DNA from: Bacteroidota bacterium
Lineage (GTDB): Bacteria > Bacteroidota > Ignavibacteria > UBA10030 > UBA8401
NCBI GenBank assembly: GCA_040751955.1
Contig: JBFMFY010000009.1
Coordinates: forward strand, 49,973-73,972
Direction of reading: 5' to 3'
Length of the DNA stretch: 24,000 nt
Below are positions 1-10,519 of this stretch, in pieces. Both the position numbers and the translations under genes were made by a program. Below the pieces are notes generated by a model. It did no database searches, had not been told where the DNA came from, and was given only the letters and a program-made list of their open reading frames with translations. Numbering within the stretch: the first letter of the stretch is position 1; every line of letters begins with the position of its first letter.

Positions 1-1
1 G

Positions 2-2869
2 CATGTTCCTTTGTCGTTCGACGCGCAACTTGAAGCACGCATTCTCATGTTGTCGTCGCACAACATTCTGTCGCCGGCGAGCGGTGCCCCGATTATTACC
101 CCAACACAGGATCAGGTGCTTGGCTGCTACTATTTGACAAAATCAAAAGCGGGTGCAAAAGGCGAAGGAATGCTCTTTGCGTCAGCGCAGGAAGTTATCA
201 TCGCACGCAATGAAGGGAAACTCGATCTTCATGCACGCATTAAAGTGCGATATGACGGTAAATTGATTGAAACAACAACAGGTCGCGTGATCTTCAATCA
301 AATTGTTCCGGAAGGATTAGGGTACATCAACGAACTGCTCAACAAGAAACGGCTCGTCCAAATCATAGCGATGGCTTTCCGCAGGTGCGGCAACCAGCGG
401 ACGGCGAAGTTCCTTGATGAGATGAAGATGCTCGGCTTTACGTACGCGATGAAGGGAGGACTGTCCGTCAACGTTTCCGATGTTGCCGTGCCGAAGGAGA
501 AAGAAGATCTCATCGCAAAGGCGCAGAAAGAGGTGGATTCGGTCGAACGTCAGTATCAGAACGGGTTCATCACCAACGGCGAACGTTACAACAAAGTGAT
601 TGACGTGTGGACACGTACGACCAGCCGGGTTGCCGAACGATTGTTCGACTCACTGCAGAATTCCAAAGAAGGATTCAATTCCATTTATATGATGATCGAT
701 TCCGGCGCGCGCGGTTCAAAAGAACAAGTACGCCAGTTGGCAGGTATGCGCGGGTTGATGGCGAAACCGCAAAAATCATTATCGGGTGCTACAGGTGAAT
801 TGATCGAAAACCCGATCATCGCAAACTTCCGCGAAGGTCTTTCCATCCTGGAATACTTTATTTCGACACACGGCGCGCGAAAAGGTCTCGCCGATACAGC
901 GTTGAAGACAGCGGACGCAGGATATTTGACACGCCGCCTCGTTGACGTCGCTCAGGATGCAATCATTTCTGAAGAAGATTGCGGAACATTCCGCGGTGTA
1001 CTTACGGGTGCGTTAAAAGAAGGGGAAGATGTGAAAGAGCCGCTCTCTGAACGCATTCTCGGACGTGTTTCGGTTCACGATGTGAAAGATCCGATGTCCG
1101 GAAAGATTTTGGTGAAAGCAGGGGACATCATTGATGAAGATGTTGCTCAAGCGATTTCTGAAACGTCAATCGAGTTGGTCGAAATCCGTTCCGTGTTAAC
1201 GTGCGAATCAAAACGCGGTGTCTGCGCAAAATGCTATGGACGCAATCTCACTACCGGCAAACTTGTTGAGGTTGGCGAGACTGTTGGTATTATCGCAGCA
1301 CAATCGATTGGTGAACCCGGCACGCAGTTAACACTCCGTACGTTCCATACCGGCGGTACTGCAAGCTTAATCGCATCGCAATCGCACATTTCTTCAAAGT
1401 TCGATGGATATGTAAAGTACGAAGGCATTAAATCGATCAAGATCAATACAGAAGAGGGAGAGAAGATCCTGTCGCTCGGACGCAGCGGTGTTATTCATGT
1501 ATTAAACAATGACAATGCAGTCTTGACGAAATACGATGTACCGTACGGTGCAATGCTTCAGTTGGCAGATGGCGCGCAGATACGCAAAGGACAATTACTC
1601 TATGAATGGGATCCGTACAACGCAACAATCATTTCGGAACATGCCGGTGAAGTGAAATATCAGGACTTGAAAGAGAACATTACGTATCGTGATGAACCTG
1701 ATGAACAAACCGGCCATATTCAAAAGGTTGTCATCGAGTCGCGCGATCGCAATCTCAGTCCGTCAATCATGATCGTCGATAAAGCAGGGAAGAAGATAGC
1801 AAACTACATCATTCCCACCCGCGCTCACATCTTGGTTGATGATGGTGAATCGATCGGTGCTGGAACAGTTCTCGTAAAAATTCCTCGCGACATCGGCAAG
1901 ACGCGCGATATCACCGGCGGTCTGCCGCGTGTAACCGAATTATTTGAAGCCCGTTCCCCGGCGGAGCCGGCAGTCGTATCCGAAATTGACGGTACGGTAA
2001 CGTTCGGTGCACAAAAACGCGGATCACGTGAAGTGATTGTTACCAGCCATGATCAACGGGAGCGGAAGGTGTATATGATCCCGCTCGGCAAGCATGTGCT
2101 TGTCCAAGAGAACGATATCATCCGAAGCGGGGAACGACTTTCCGACGGCGCCATCGACCCGCACGATATCTTGCGGATCAAAGGTACCAGCGCGGTGCAG
2201 GAATATCTTGTGAACGAAATTCAGGAAGTCTATCGAATGCAAGGTGTGAAAATCAACGATAAGCACATCGAAATTATCGTGCGTCAGATGATGCAAAAGG
2301 TCCGCGTCACCGATCCGGGAGATACGCATTTCCTCGAAGGGGACTACATCGACAAAGTGAAATTTGAAGAGGAAAATCGATCGTTGGAAGGGATGGTCTT
2401 CATTGAGCACAAGGGAGATTCAAAACAGAAGAACAATACTGTTGCTGAAAAAAAGAAGATCAAAGAGATCAATGTTGAATTGAAAAAGAAAGAAAAGAAA
2501 CCGATCGAGTTCAGGGATGCCGAGCCTGCATTGTCTGAACCGGTGCTTCTCGGAATTACGACGGCGTCGCTTTCAACAGATAGCTTCATTTCAGCGGCAT
2601 CATTCCAGGAGACGACCAAAGTGCTCACCGATGCTGCGATTGAAGCAAAGGTCGATCACCTTCTTGGATTGAAAGAAAATGTGATCATGGGACATCTTAT
2701 TCCAGCCGGTACCGGCTTGAAGAAATTCCGGGAAGTGTTGGTTGAATCGAAGAAGCCTTCCCGCGCTATTGAGAAGCCGGCTGTAACCGATGAGGCAGAA
2801 GGGGAGTTGAAAGAAGAGGAAGTTGTACTGGTGAAAAAAGCACGGAAAAAAACAAAGACAACGGTGTAA
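2..2869 (+). CDS. rpoC: DNA-directed RNA polymerase subunit beta-prime, C-terminal ~955 aa (5'-truncated by the window edge)
   Basis: The reading frame is open from position 2 with no start codon in the window. The translation begins [46 protein letters not shown]. It contains [16 protein letters not shown] ... [18 protein letters not shown] (trigger loop flanks), [19 protein letters not shown] and [17 protein letters not shown], all hallmark beta-prime motifs. Stop codon TAA ends at 2869. Confidence 0.97.
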   Translation, partial: HVPLSFDAQLEARILMLSSHNILSPASGAPIITPTQDQVLGCYYLTKSKAGAKGEGMLFASAQEVIIARNEGKLDLHARIKVRYDGKLIETTTGRVIFNQIVPEGLGYINELLNKKRLVQIIAMAFRRCGNQRTAKFLDEMKMLGFTYAMKGGLSVNVSDVAVPKEKEDLIAKAQKEVDSVERQYQNGFITNGERYNKVIDVWTRTTSRVAERLFDSLQNSKEGFNSIYMMIDSGARGSKEQVRQLAGMRGLMAKPQKSLSGATGELIENPIIANFREGLSILEYFISTHGARKGLADTALKTADAGYLTRRLVDVAQDAIISEEDCGTFRGVLTGALKEGEDVKEPLSERILGRVSVHDVKDPMSGKILVKAGDIIDEDVAQAISETSIELVEIRSVLTCESKRGVCAKCYGRNLTTGKLVEVGETVGIIAAQSIGEPGTQLTLRTFHTGGTASLIASQSHISSKFDGYVKYEGIKSIKINTEEGEKILSLGRSGVIHVLNNDNAVLTKYDVPYGAMLQLADGAQIRKGQLLYEWDPYNATIISEHAGEVKYQDLKENITYRDEPDEQTGHIQKVVIESRDRNLSPSIMIVDKAGKKIANYIIPTRAHILVDDGESIGAGTVLVKIPRDIGKTRDITGGLPRVTELFEARSPAEPAVVSEIDGTVTFGAQKRGSREVIVTSHDQRERKVYMIPLGKHVLVQENDIIRSGERLSDGAIDPHDILRIKGTSAVQEYLVNEIQEVYRMQGVKINDKHIEIIVRQMMQKVRVTDPGDTHFLEGDYIDKVKFEEENRSLEGMVFIEHKGDSKQKNNTVAEKKKIKEINVELKKKEKKPIEFRDAEPALSEPVLLGITTASLSTDSFISAASFQETTKVLTDAAIEAKVDHLLGLKENVIMGHLIPAGTGLKKFREVLVESKKPSRAIEKPAVTDEAEGELKEEEVVLVKKARKKTKTTV

Positions 2870-2907
2870 CTTTCCGGATGGTGATGAAATATTTGCCATC
2901 TCAATTG

Positions 2908-2936
2908 TTGACATAAAAATATTTTTTTGCTATATT
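2908..2936 (+). promoter_or_regulatory. Candidate sigma70-type promoter for the str cluster
   Basis: TTGACA (2908-2913), a 17-nt AT-rich spacer, then TATATT (2931-2936). It lies in the 110-nt rpoC-rpsL spacer, 44 nt upstream of the rpsL start. This is a sequence match only, with no transcript data. Confidence 0.6.
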
Positions 2937-2979
2937 ACTTGGCTTAATTTTTAGTATTTAGAATCATTGGAGAACGTCG

Positions 2980-3351
2980 TTGCCTACGATTAATCAACTG
3001 GTTAGACTTGGTCGTGAAGACTTAGCGGTGAAGAGTAAATCTCCTGCGCTCGAAGGGAATCCCCAGAAGCGTGGTGTCTGCACACGTGTATATACGACAA
3101 CCCCGAAGAAACCGAACTCTGCACTCCGTAAAGTCGCCCGCGTGAAGTTGACAAATCAGATCGAAGTGACCGCTTATATTCCCGGTGAAGGGCATAATCT
3201 TCAAGAGCACTCGATTGTTTTAATTCGCGGAGGCCGTGTAAAAGATCTTCCGGGCGTTCGTTATCATATTGTGCGAGGAACGCTTGACACTCAGGGTGTT
3301 CAGGACCGCAAACAGGGGCGTTCCAAATACGGCGCAAAGAGACCGAAATAA
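2980..3351 (+). CDS. rpsL: 30S ribosomal protein S12
   Basis: 123 aa, [13 protein letters not shown]...[21 protein letters not shown]...[35 protein letters not shown] start at 2980, with an in-frame stop (TAG 2959-2961) just upstream and no ATG between them. GGAGAA Shine-Dalgarno at 2969-2974. Confidence 0.97.
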   Translation: MPTINQLVRLGREDLAVKSKSPALEGNPQKRGVCTRVYTTTPKKPNSALRKVARVKLTNQIEVTAYIPGEGHNLQEHSIVLIRGGRVKDLPGVRYHIVRGTLDTQGVQDRKQGRSKYGAKRPK

Positions 3352-3370
3352 CGAGGATCAGAAGTAGAAC

Positions 3371-3841
3371 ATGAGAAAAAAAACAGCATCTAAGCGCATT
3401 CCATCGGTAGATCCCAAGTATGGGGATTTACTTATCAACAGATTCATCAGCAATATTATGAAAGATGGTAAAAAGCATCTTGCCCAAACCATTCTCTATA
3501 ATGCGCTTGATGTTGTTGGTGAACGCGTAAAGAATCAAAACCCTCTCGATGTTTTCAAAAAGGCAGTAAATAACGTATCTCCCGTGATTGAAATTCGCGC
3601 ACGGAGAGTTGGCGGAGCAACCTATCAGGTTCCTACAGAAGTTCGTCCCGAACGGCGAACCGCTCTCGCAATTCGTTGGCTTATCGGCTACGCAAATGAA
3701 CGTTCGGATAAGTCCATGTCGTTGAAGCTTGCCGCAGAAATTGTTGCAGCAGCAAACGGCGAAGGTAATGCGGTGAAGAAAAAAGAAGATACACACCGCA
3801 TGGCAGAAGCGAATAAAGCTTTTGCTCACTTTAAGTGGTAA
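3371..3841 (+). CDS. rpsG: 30S ribosomal protein S7
   Basis: 156 aa. PDPKYGDLLINRFISNIMKDGKK...VIEIRARRVGGATYQVP...RMAEANKAFAHFKW is the typical S7 pattern. It starts 19 nt after rpsL. Confidence 0.97.
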   Translation: MRKKTASKRIPSVDPKYGDLLINRFISNIMKDGKKHLAQTILYNALDVVGERVKNQNPLDVFKKAVNNVSPVIEIRARRVGGATYQVPTEVRPERRTALAIRWLIGYANERSDKSMSLKLAAEIVAAANGEGNAVKKKEDTHRMAEANKAFAHFKW

Positions 3842-3923
3842 TAGTTTTTTAGTCTAATCATATACAATCAGTTTTTCTCTCAGGGAGAACTCTGTAGTTC
3901 TGTTTTGAGATCTGGGATCAAGT

Positions 3924-6017
3924 ATGCCTCGTAAGTATTCATTAGAACGTACGCGCAACATTGGAATTATGGCTCACATCGACGCCGGTAAAACAACGAC
4001 GACGGAGCGGATTCTGTTTTATACCGGTGTGTTGCATCGCATGGGCGAAGTGCATGACGGCGGCGCCACTATGGACTGGATGGAGCAGGAAAAAGAGCGA
4101 GGCATTACGATCACCTCTGCTGCGACCACCTGCTTCTGGAAAGATCATCGCGTCAATATTATTGATACGCCCGGTCACGTAGACTTTACAATCGAAGTTG
4201 AACGTTCACTGCGTGTTCTCGATGGTGCGGTTGCACTGTTCTGTTCTGTTGGCGGCGTTGAACCTCAATCCGAAACGGTGTGGCGTCAAGCTGACAAATA
4301 TGGTGTTCCGCGCATTGCGTTCGTAAATAAGATGGACCGTATCGGCGCCGATTTTCTCGGTGCTGTGCAGATGATGAAAGATCGTCTTGGTGCAAACGCT
4401 GTTCCCATCCAGCTGCCTGTTGGACAAGGGGACATGTTTAAAGGCATCATTGATCTTGTGAAGATGAAGGCGCATGTGTTCCATGATCATTCTAACGGCA
4501 TGACGTGGGATGAGATTGAAATTCCGCATGACTTGCAGGCACAAGCTGCAGAGTATCGTACAAAAATGCTCGAAGCAGTCTCCGATGAGGACGACACGCT
4601 TCTCGAAAAATACCTTGAGGGAAAAGAGATCACCGAAAAAGAAATTATTGACGTCCTCCGCCGTGCATGTTTGAAAGTATCAATCGTGCCTGTGCTTTGC
4701 GGTTCTTCATTCAAGAACAAGGGTGTACAGATGCTGCTTGATTCGGTTGTGAACTTCCTTCCGTCGCCGCTTGATATTCAGGGGGGAGTGATCACCGGGC
4801 ATCATCCGAACATGAAGGACACTGTTTCCCGCAAAGTGGCAGATAATGAAAAATTCACTGCGCTTGCTTTCAAGATTATGACCGACCCGTATGTGGGACG
4901 GTTGACGTTTTTCCGCGTGTACAGCGGAACGGTGAAAGCCGGCTCATATCTTTACAATTCAACCAGTGATAAAAAAGAGCGTATCGGTCGCGTGCTTCGT
5001 ATGCATGCGAACCATCGCGAAGATGTCGATGAAGGATATGCCGGGGATATTCTGGCTGCGATCGGCTTTAAGAACACGCGCACAGGTGATACGTTGTGCG
5101 GCGAGGACGATCCGATCATTCTCGAAAAAATGGTATTTCCGGAACCGGTTATTCATCAGGCAATCGAACCGAAAACAAAAGCCGATCAGGAGAAACTCGG
5201 CGAAGCTCTTTCAAAACTTGCCGAAGAAGATCCGACATTTCGTGTTTCCACAAATCATGAAACCGGGCAAACGATCATCGGCGGAATGGGTGAGTTGCAC
5301 CTTGAAATTATCGTCGATCGCATGAAGCGCGAATTCAAAGTTGAAGCGAACGTCGGTAAACCGCAGGTTGCATACAAAGAAACCATCCGCAAAAAAGTTA
5401 CAGCAGAAGGAAAATTTGTTCGTCAGTCTGGCGGTAAAGGACAGTACGGTCACGTCTGGATTGACCTCGAACCAAACGAAAAAGGAAAAGGGTACGAATT
5501 CGAAGATGCTATTGTTGGCGGCGTTATTCCGCGCGAATTTATTAAACCCGTTTCCGCAGGAATTCAGGAGGCGTTGAAAAACGGCATCCTCGCCGGATAT
5601 CCGGTGGAAGATGTGAAAGTGCGGCTGTTTGATGGTTCGTACCACGATGTTGATTCGTCCGAAATGGCGTTCAAGATCGCGGGTTCGATGGCATTCCAGG
5701 AAGGTGCACGCAAAGCAGATCCGGTCATTCTCGAACCGATTATGGCTGTCGAAGTTGTGACACCGGAAGATTACCTTGGCGATGTCATGGGAGATCTCAA
5801 TTCGCGACGCGGCAAGATCGAGGGGATCAATCCGCGTAAAGATGCACAGGTCATTAAAGCGATGGTGCCGCTGTCCGAGATGTTCGGCTATGCGACGCAG
5901 CTGCGCTCAATGACGCAGGGTCGTGCGCTCTATACCATGCAATTCGATCACTATGACGAGACACCGAGATCGATATCCGATCAGATCATCGAAAAAGTAA
6001 AAGGCAAAGGCAACTAG
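3924..6017 (+). CDS. fusA: Elongation factor G
   Basis: 697 aa. G1 motif [12 protein letters not shown], then DTPGHVDF and NKMDR. Conserved EF-G domains IV/V are present (GELHLEI, SEMAF). Confidence 0.98.
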   Translation: MPRKYSLERTRNIGIMAHIDAGKTTTTERILFYTGVLHRMGEVHDGGATMDWMEQEKERGITITSAATTCFWKDHRVNIIDTPGHVDFTIEVERSLRVLDGAVALFCSVGGVEPQSETVWRQADKYGVPRIAFVNKMDRIGADFLGAVQMMKDRLGANAVPIQLPVGQGDMFKGIIDLVKMKAHVFHDHSNGMTWDEIEIPHDLQAQAAEYRTKMLEAVSDEDDTLLEKYLEGKEITEKEIIDVLRRACLKVSIVPVLCGSSFKNKGVQMLLDSVVNFLPSPLDIQGGVITGHHPNMKDTVSRKVADNEKFTALAFKIMTDPYVGRLTFFRVYSGTVKAGSYLYNSTSDKKERIGRVLRMHANHREDVDEGYAGDILAAIGFKNTRTGDTLCGEDDPIILEKMVFPEPVIHQAIEPKTKADQEKLGEALSKLAEEDPTFRVSTNHETGQTIIGGMGELHLEIIVDRMKREFKVEANVGKPQVAYKETIRKKVTAEGKFVRQSGGKGQYGHVWIDLEPNEKGKGYEFEDAIVGGVIPREFIKPVSAGIQEALKNGILAGYPVEDVKVRLFDGSYHDVDSSEMAFKIAGSMAFQEGARKADPVILEPIMAVEVVTPEDYLGDVMGDLNSRRGKIEGINPRKDAQVIKAMVPLSEMFGYATQLRSMTQGRALYTMQFDHYDETPRSISDQIIEKVKGKGN

Positions 6018-6076
6018 TTTTAATTCAGGAATTTTGAAGAAGCAAACAATCACAATCAACACAAGGAGAAATCCTC

Positions 6077-7282
6077 ATGGCAAAAGAAAAATTTGACCGC
6101 AGCAAGCCGCACGTGAACGTCGGAACAATCGGCCACGTTGACCACGGCAAAACATCACTGACCGCAGCAATCACAATGACGATGTCATTGAAAGGTCTCT
6201 CAACGATCCGTACGTTCGATTCGATCGATAACGCTCCTGAAGAGCGAGAACGTGGTATCACTATTGCGACTGCACATGTCGAATATTCGACAGACAAGCG
6301 TCACTACGCACACGTTGATTGCCCTGGCCACGCTGACTATGTGAAGAACATGATCACCGGCGCGGCTCAAATGGACGGTGCCATCCTTGTCGTTGCCGGA
6401 ACAGACGGACCGATGCCGCAGACACGCGAGCACATTCTGCTTGCGCGTCAGGTCGGCGTTCCGCGTATCGTTGTGTTCTTGAACAAAGTTGATATTTCCG
6501 ATCCTGAGTTGCTGGATCTCGTCGAAATGGAATTGCGTGAGTTACTCACGTCGTACCAGTTCCCCGGCAACGACATTCCGATCATCCGTGGTTCAGCAAC
6601 AAAAGCACTCGAAGCGTTTGCAGCAGGCAAGCCGGTGACGGATCCCGCTTTCAAACCGATTCTCGATTTGATGGATGCTGTCGATACCTACATTCCCGAA
6701 CCGCAGCGCGATGTTGATAAGCCGTTCCTGATGCCGATCGAAGACGTTTTCTCGATCACCGGTCGCGGAACCGTTGGTACGGGCCGTGTAGAAAAAGGAC
6801 GTGCAAAAGTCGGTGACGAAATTGAGATCGTCGGTCTCGGCGCACATAAGAAATCGGTCATCACCGGTGCAGAAATGTTCCGCAAGGAATTGGATGAAGT
6901 TGTTGCGGGCGATAACGCAGGATTGTTGCTCCGCGGTGTTGAAAAGAACGAACTTGAACGCGGTATGGTTCTTGCAAAACCGGGTTCCATCACCCCTCAC
7001 AAGAAATTCACCGCACAGGTGTACGTGTTGAAGAAAGAAGAAGGTGGACGCCACACGCCGTTCGTGAACGGATATCGTCCTCAATTCTATTTCCGTACAA
7101 CCGATGTTACCGGTGTTGTGTCATTGCCGACGGGCGTTGAAATGGTTATGCCCGGCGACAACGTGGATAATATGTCAATTGAGTTGATCTCCACGATTGC
7201 AATGGACGAGGGACTCCGTTTCGCTATCCGCGAAGGGGGACGCACTGTCGGTTCCGGCGTTGTTACAAAGATCATCGAGTAA
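6077..7282 (+). CDS. tuf: Elongation factor Tu
   Basis: 401 aa. [38 protein letters not shown], and a C-terminal [22 protein letters not shown] Shine-Dalgarno lies upstream. Confidence 0.98.
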   Translation: MAKEKFDRSKPHVNVGTIGHVDHGKTSLTAAITMTMSLKGLSTIRTFDSIDNAPEERERGITIATAHVEYSTDKRHYAHVDCPGHADYVKNMITGAAQMDGAILVVAGTDGPMPQTREHILLARQVGVPRIVVFLNKVDISDPELLDLVEMELRELLTSYQFPGNDIPIIRGSATKALEAFAAGKPVTDPAFKPILDLMDAVDTYIPEPQRDVDKPFLMPIEDVFSITGRGTVGTGRVEKGRAKVGDEIEIVGLGAHKKSVITGAEMFRKELDEVVAGDNAGLLLRGVEKNELERGMVLAKPGSITPHKKFTAQVYVLKKEEGGRHTPFVNGYRPQFYFRTTDVTGVVSLPTGVEMVMPGDNVDNMSIELISTIAMDEGLRFAIREGGRTVGSGVVTKIIE

Positions 7283-7290
7283 TATTTTTG

Positions 7291-7322
7291 GCAGGTCGCC
7301 TCTAAGGGCGACCTGCTCTTTA
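7291..7322 (+). terminator. Hairpin after tuf: partial intrinsic terminator or attenuator ahead of the S10 cluster
   Basis: A perfect 10-bp GC-rich stem, GCAGGTCGCC (7291-7300) pairing with GGCGACCTGC (7307-7316), with a 6-nt loop. It is followed by the T-rich TCTTTATC. It begins 9 nt after the tuf stop and ends about 20 nt before the rpsJ start. Confidence 0.5.
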
Positions 7323-7336
7323 TCAGGAGAAGAACA

Positions 7337-7645
7337 TTGGCTGGTCAGAAAATACGAATCAAGTTGCGCTCGTACGATCATAACCTGATCGACAAGTCCG
7401 CAGAGAAGATTATTAAGACTGTGAAATCAACTGGTGCAGTCGTTTCCGGTCCGATCCCGCTTCCGACAAAGCGGTCAGTCTTTACGGTGAACAGATCTCC
7501 TCACGTCGATAAGAAGTCGCGCGAGCAATTCGAGATTAAAGCACACAAACGGCTGATTGATATCCTCTCGTCCGGGTCGAAGACGGTGGATGCGCTCATG
7601 AAGCTCGATCTGCCTGCCGGTGTCGATGTGGAAATTAAAGTGTAA
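7337..7645 (+). CDS. rpsJ: 30S ribosomal protein S10
   Basis: 102 aa, [26 protein letters not shown]...GPIPLPT...[16 protein letters not shown] start at 7337 with AGGAGA Shine-Dalgarno at 7324-7329. Confidence 0.96.
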   Translation: MAGQKIRIKLRSYDHNLIDKSAEKIIKTVKSTGAVVSGPIPLPTKRSVFTVNRSPHVDKKSREQFEIKAHKRLIDILSSGSKTVDALMKLDLPAGVDVEIKV

Positions 7646-7718
7646 GCAGCTTCCGCTGCCGGATAACGGGCACCAACGTTCAAAAAAGTTTACGATTGTT
7701 CTCAAGGAGAATATACCT

Positions 7719-8342
7719 GTGAGTGGAATTTTAGGAAAAAAGATTGGCATGACAAGTGTCTATGACGATAACGGCGTCGCAGTACCATGCACCGTTATTG
7801 AAGCAGGACCATGTTACGTCACTCAAGTTCGCACAAAAGATAAAGACGGCTACGATGCTGTACAGCTCGGTTACGACGAGAAACCGGAACGCCTGCTGAA
7901 CAAACCGCTGAAAGGTCATTTTGCGAAAGCGGGCGCCAAAGCGCTCCGTCTTCTTCGCGAATTCAAAAACTTCAACGGAATGAAATTGGAACTCGGCCAG
8001 GAGCTTCGCGTCGATGCCGTATTTGCAAAAGGCGATTCGGTCGATGTGACGGCGCGTTCCAAAGGACGCGGCTTTCAAGGTGTCGTGAAGCGCCACCACT
8101 TCGGCGGCGTCGGCATGACTACGCACGGCCAATCGGATCGCGTACGCGCTCCCGGATCCATCGGCGGTTCGTCGTATCCTTCACGCGTGTTTAAAGGCAT
8201 GCGTATGGCTGGAAGAATGGGTTTTGACAACGTAACGGTGAAGAATTTGACTGTGTTAAAAGTGATTCCCGAATCGAATCTGATCCTCGTTAAAGGATCG
8301 ATTCCCGGCGCAAAGAATACCTACGTCACCATAACGAAATAA
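7719..8342 (+). CDS. rplC: 50S ribosomal protein L3
   Basis: The ORF track opens at 7620, but that start overlaps rpsJ and adds a non-homologous N-terminus. A GTG at 7719, preceded by AAGGAGA (7704-7710), gives the canonical L3 N-terminus [16 protein letters not shown]. The product is 207 aa. Confidence 0.93.
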   Translation: MSGILGKKIGMTSVYDDNGVAVPCTVIEAGPCYVTQVRTKDKDGYDAVQLGYDEKPERLLNKPLKGHFAKAGAKALRLLREFKNFNGMKLELGQELRVDAVFAKGDSVDVTARSKGRGFQGVVKRHHFGGVGMTTHGQSDRVRAPGSIGGSSYPSRVFKGMRMAGRMGFDNVTVKNLTVLKVIPESNLILVKGSIPGAKNTYVTITK

Positions 8343-8364
8343 CCGACTGTAGAAAGCATCCGAT

Positions 8365-8994
8365 ATGAAACTCGATGTCCTGAAAAAAGACGGAACGAAG
8401 AACGGCGAAACGATAGAGTTAAAGCCGGACATTTTTGAAATTGAACCGAACGATCATGCGATCTACCAGGCGGTCCGTTCCTACTGGGCGAATCAGCGCC
8501 AGGGAACGCACAAAGTAAAACCGCGCAACGAGGTCCGTGGCGGCGGCAAAAAACCGTTCTCGCAAAAGAAAACCGGACGCGCACGGCAAGGTACAGGTCG
8601 TTCTCCATTGATGCCGGGTGGCGGTTCGATCTTCGGTCCGACACCGCATGATTATGTGGTGAAACTTCCTGCAAAAGTAAAACGTCTTGCACGCAAATCT
8701 GCATGGTCGTACAAGGCAAAAGACGGACAAATTGTGATCGTCGAAGATTTTTCACTCGACGCACCGAAGACAAAAGAGATGGTGACGATCCTGAAAGCGC
8801 TGCAGGTGAATCAGAAAAAAGTGCTCTTCTTGACTCCGGCAACGGATATGAACATGCTGAAATCGGGACGCAATATTCCCACACTGAATGTGCTCGAAGC
8901 GGCAAAAGCATCTACGTACGACATTCTCAACAACAATGTCGTTGTCTTAACCAAGAGCAGCGTTGATGTCATTAATAAAACATTTGCAAACTAA
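8365..8994 (+). CDS. rplD: 50S ribosomal protein L4
   Basis: 209 aa with the KKTGRARQGTGRSPLMPGGGSIFGPTPHDY motif typical of L4/uL4. Confidence 0.96.
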   Translation: MKLDVLKKDGTKNGETIELKPDIFEIEPNDHAIYQAVRSYWANQRQGTHKVKPRNEVRGGGKKPFSQKKTGRARQGTGRSPLMPGGGSIFGPTPHDYVVKLPAKVKRLARKSAWSYKAKDGQIVIVEDFSLDAPKTKEMVTILKALQVNQKKVLFLTPATDMNMLKSGRNIPTLNVLEAAKASTYDILNNNVVVLTKSSVDVINKTFAN

Positions 8995-9016
8995 CTGAAC
9001 AGCGGCGGAAATCATC

Positions 9017-9304
9017 ATGGGTATCTTAATTCAACCATTACTGACCGAAAAGATGACGGAACTGGCATCAACACGCCAGTACGCCTTCAAAGTCGATCAG
9101 GCGGCAAACAAAATTGAAATCGCACGCGCCGTGGAAAAGAAATTCAATGTGAACGTTACCAGTGTGCGCACGTTGATCGTCAAGGGAAAAGTAAAAACAC
9201 AATTGACACGCCGCGGACGTGTTGAAGGCAGGAAGGGCGATTGGAAGAAAGCGATCGTCACTCTTAAAGACGGTCAAACCATTGATTTTTTGGCAACAGT
9301 GTAA
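9017..9304 (+). CDS. rplW: 50S ribosomal protein L23
   Basis: 95 aa. LLTEKMTELA...YAFKVDQAANKIEIARAVEKKFNVNVTSVRT. Its position between L4 and L2 is as expected. Confidence 0.95.
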   Translation: MGILIQPLLTEKMTELASTRQYAFKVDQAANKIEIARAVEKKFNVNVTSVRTLIVKGKVKTQLTRRGRVEGRKGDWKKAIVTLKDGQTIDFLATV

Positions 9305-9319
9305 CGGGAAGAACAGGAT

Positions 9320-10153
9320 ATGGCACTTCGTAAATTAAAACCAACGACGGCGGCAACTCGATTCTACTCGATTGCAACGTATGAAGAGATCACAAAATCA
9401 AAACCTGAGAAATCTCTTCTCGAGAAGATTACCAAGTCCGGCGGACGGAACAGTCACGGTCATGTGACCTCGCGTCATCGCGGCGGCGGACACAAACGCC
9501 GGTATCGTGTTATCGATTTTAAGCGCGACAAGAGGAATATCGAAGGAAAGATTACCAGTATTGAGTACGATCCGAATCGTTCATGTTACATCGCGCTCGT
9601 CCAATATCCTGATGGTGAAAAAAGATACATTCTGGCTCCCGAAGGATTAAAGGTCGGTGCAAAGATCATTGCGGGAGAGAACATTGAACCGAATCTCGGA
9701 TATGCATTGCCGTTGAAAGCGATCCCCGTGAATACGATGGTTCACAATATTGAATTGAAAGCCGGAAAAGGGGGACAGATCGCACGGAGTGCAGGCAACT
9801 ATGCAACAGTGCAAGCGAAAGAAGGAGATTTTGTGCTGTTAAAATTCCCTTCGGGCGAATCACGCAATGTCCATGCGAATTGTTATGCGACCGTCGGTCA
9901 ACTCGGCAACCTCGATCATGAAAATATCAGTTTGGGTAAAGCGGGCCGCTCGCGCTGGCTCGGCATCCGTCCGCACACGCGCGGTATGGTGATGAATCCT
10001 GTGGATCATCCGATGGGGGGCGGTCAAGGAAAATCAAAAGGCGGGGGCGGCTGGCAGCATCCGCGCAGTCCGTGGGGTCAGTTGTCCAAAGGATTGAAGA
10101 CACGAAAGCATAAGAAGCAATCAAGTAAATACATTGTCAAGCGTCGTAAGTAA
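9320..10153 (+). CDS. rplB: 50S ribosomal protein L2
   Basis: 277 aa. [29 protein letters not shown] and [18 protein letters not shown] motifs. Confidence 0.98.
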   Translation: MALRKLKPTTAATRFYSIATYEEITKSKPEKSLLEKITKSGGRNSHGHVTSRHRGGGHKRRYRVIDFKRDKRNIEGKITSIEYDPNRSCYIALVQYPDGEKRYILAPEGLKVGAKIIAGENIEPNLGYALPLKAIPVNTMVHNIELKAGKGGQIARSAGNYATVQAKEGDFVLLKFPSGESRNVHANCYATVGQLGNLDHENISLGKAGRSRWLGIRPHTRGMVMNPVDHPMGGGQGKSKGGGGWQHPRSPWGQLSKGLKTRKHKKQSSKYIVKRRK

Positions 10154-10214
10154 TTTCATTCAACCTTGCAAGGGTTCCAATCATTCGCAAGGTTAGTAAG
10201 TTAAAGAGAGCACT

Positions 10215-10493
10215 ATGAGTCGTTCACTCAAAAAAGGTCCATACATCGATTTGCGCTTGCTGCAGAAAGTGGAAGCGCTGAACAAGACAAATAAAAAGCA
10301 GGTGATCAAAACCTGGTCCCGCGCATGCACCATTCCGCCGGAGTTTGTCGGGCATACGTTCGCCGTACACAACGGGAACAAGTTCATTCCTGTCTATATT
10401 CAGGAAGCGATGGTAGGACACAAGCTTGGTGAATTTGCACCGACTCGAATTTTCCGCGGACATCCCGGATTAAAAACCGAAGCCGCAGCATAA
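10215..10493 (+). CDS. rpsS: 30S ribosomal protein S19
   Basis: 92 aa. [12 protein letters not shown]...[38 protein letters not shown]. Confidence 0.97.
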   Translation: MSRSLKKGPYIDLRLLQKVEALNKTNKKQVIKTWSRACTIPPEFVGHTFAVHNGNKFIPVYIQEAMVGHKLGEFAPTRIFRGHPGLKTEAAA

Positions 10494-10519
10494 ACAGAAA
10501 TTTTTGGAGATGATAGTAC

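Noticed and set aside
1358-1900. A roughly 181-aa insertion in the rpoC trigger loop, between RTFHTGG and [11 protein letters not shown], that looks like foreign sequence.
   Set aside because: It matches the position and size of the known lineage-specific insertion SI3 (sandwich-barrel hybrid motifs) found in E. coli and many Gram-negative lineages. It is an expected feature, not an anomaly.
2440-2500. A-rich runs (for example GAAAAAAAG) in rpoC, and similar runs in rplE, rpsK and rplQ, considered as slippery or frameshift sites or simple repeats.
   Set aside because: The reading frames continue uninterrupted through them and encode Lys-rich tails. There is no alternative-frame ORF or downstream stimulatory structure.
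4966-5325. Out-of-frame plus-strand ORFs nested in real genes. Examples are 3961-4182, 4966-5325, 8703-8966, 14769-15023, 17054-17341, 21564-21827 and 22814-23026.
   Set aside because: They overlap conserved CDSs in alternative frames and their Arg/Ser-rich translations lack motifs. Nothing suggests overlapping genes or programmed frameshifting.
7620-7718. The ORF track's longer rplC start, which adds 33 aa and overlaps the end of rpsJ.
   Set aside because: The extension ([24 protein letters not shown]...) has no L3 homology. GTG 7719 has a good AAGGAGA Shine-Dalgarno and gives the canonical [13 protein letters not shown]-terminus.
8321-8911. 196-aa minus-strand ORF antisense to rplD. Similar long antisense ORFs lie at 15624-16169, 16677-17123, 17533-18045, 18154-18795 and 20930-21523.
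   Set aside because: All lie wholly inside strongly conserved plus-strand genes and have low-complexity, Ser/Arg/Cys-rich translations with no recognisable motifs. None has a Shine-Dalgarno or promoter context. They are typical shadow ORFs produced by codon bias on the opposite strand.
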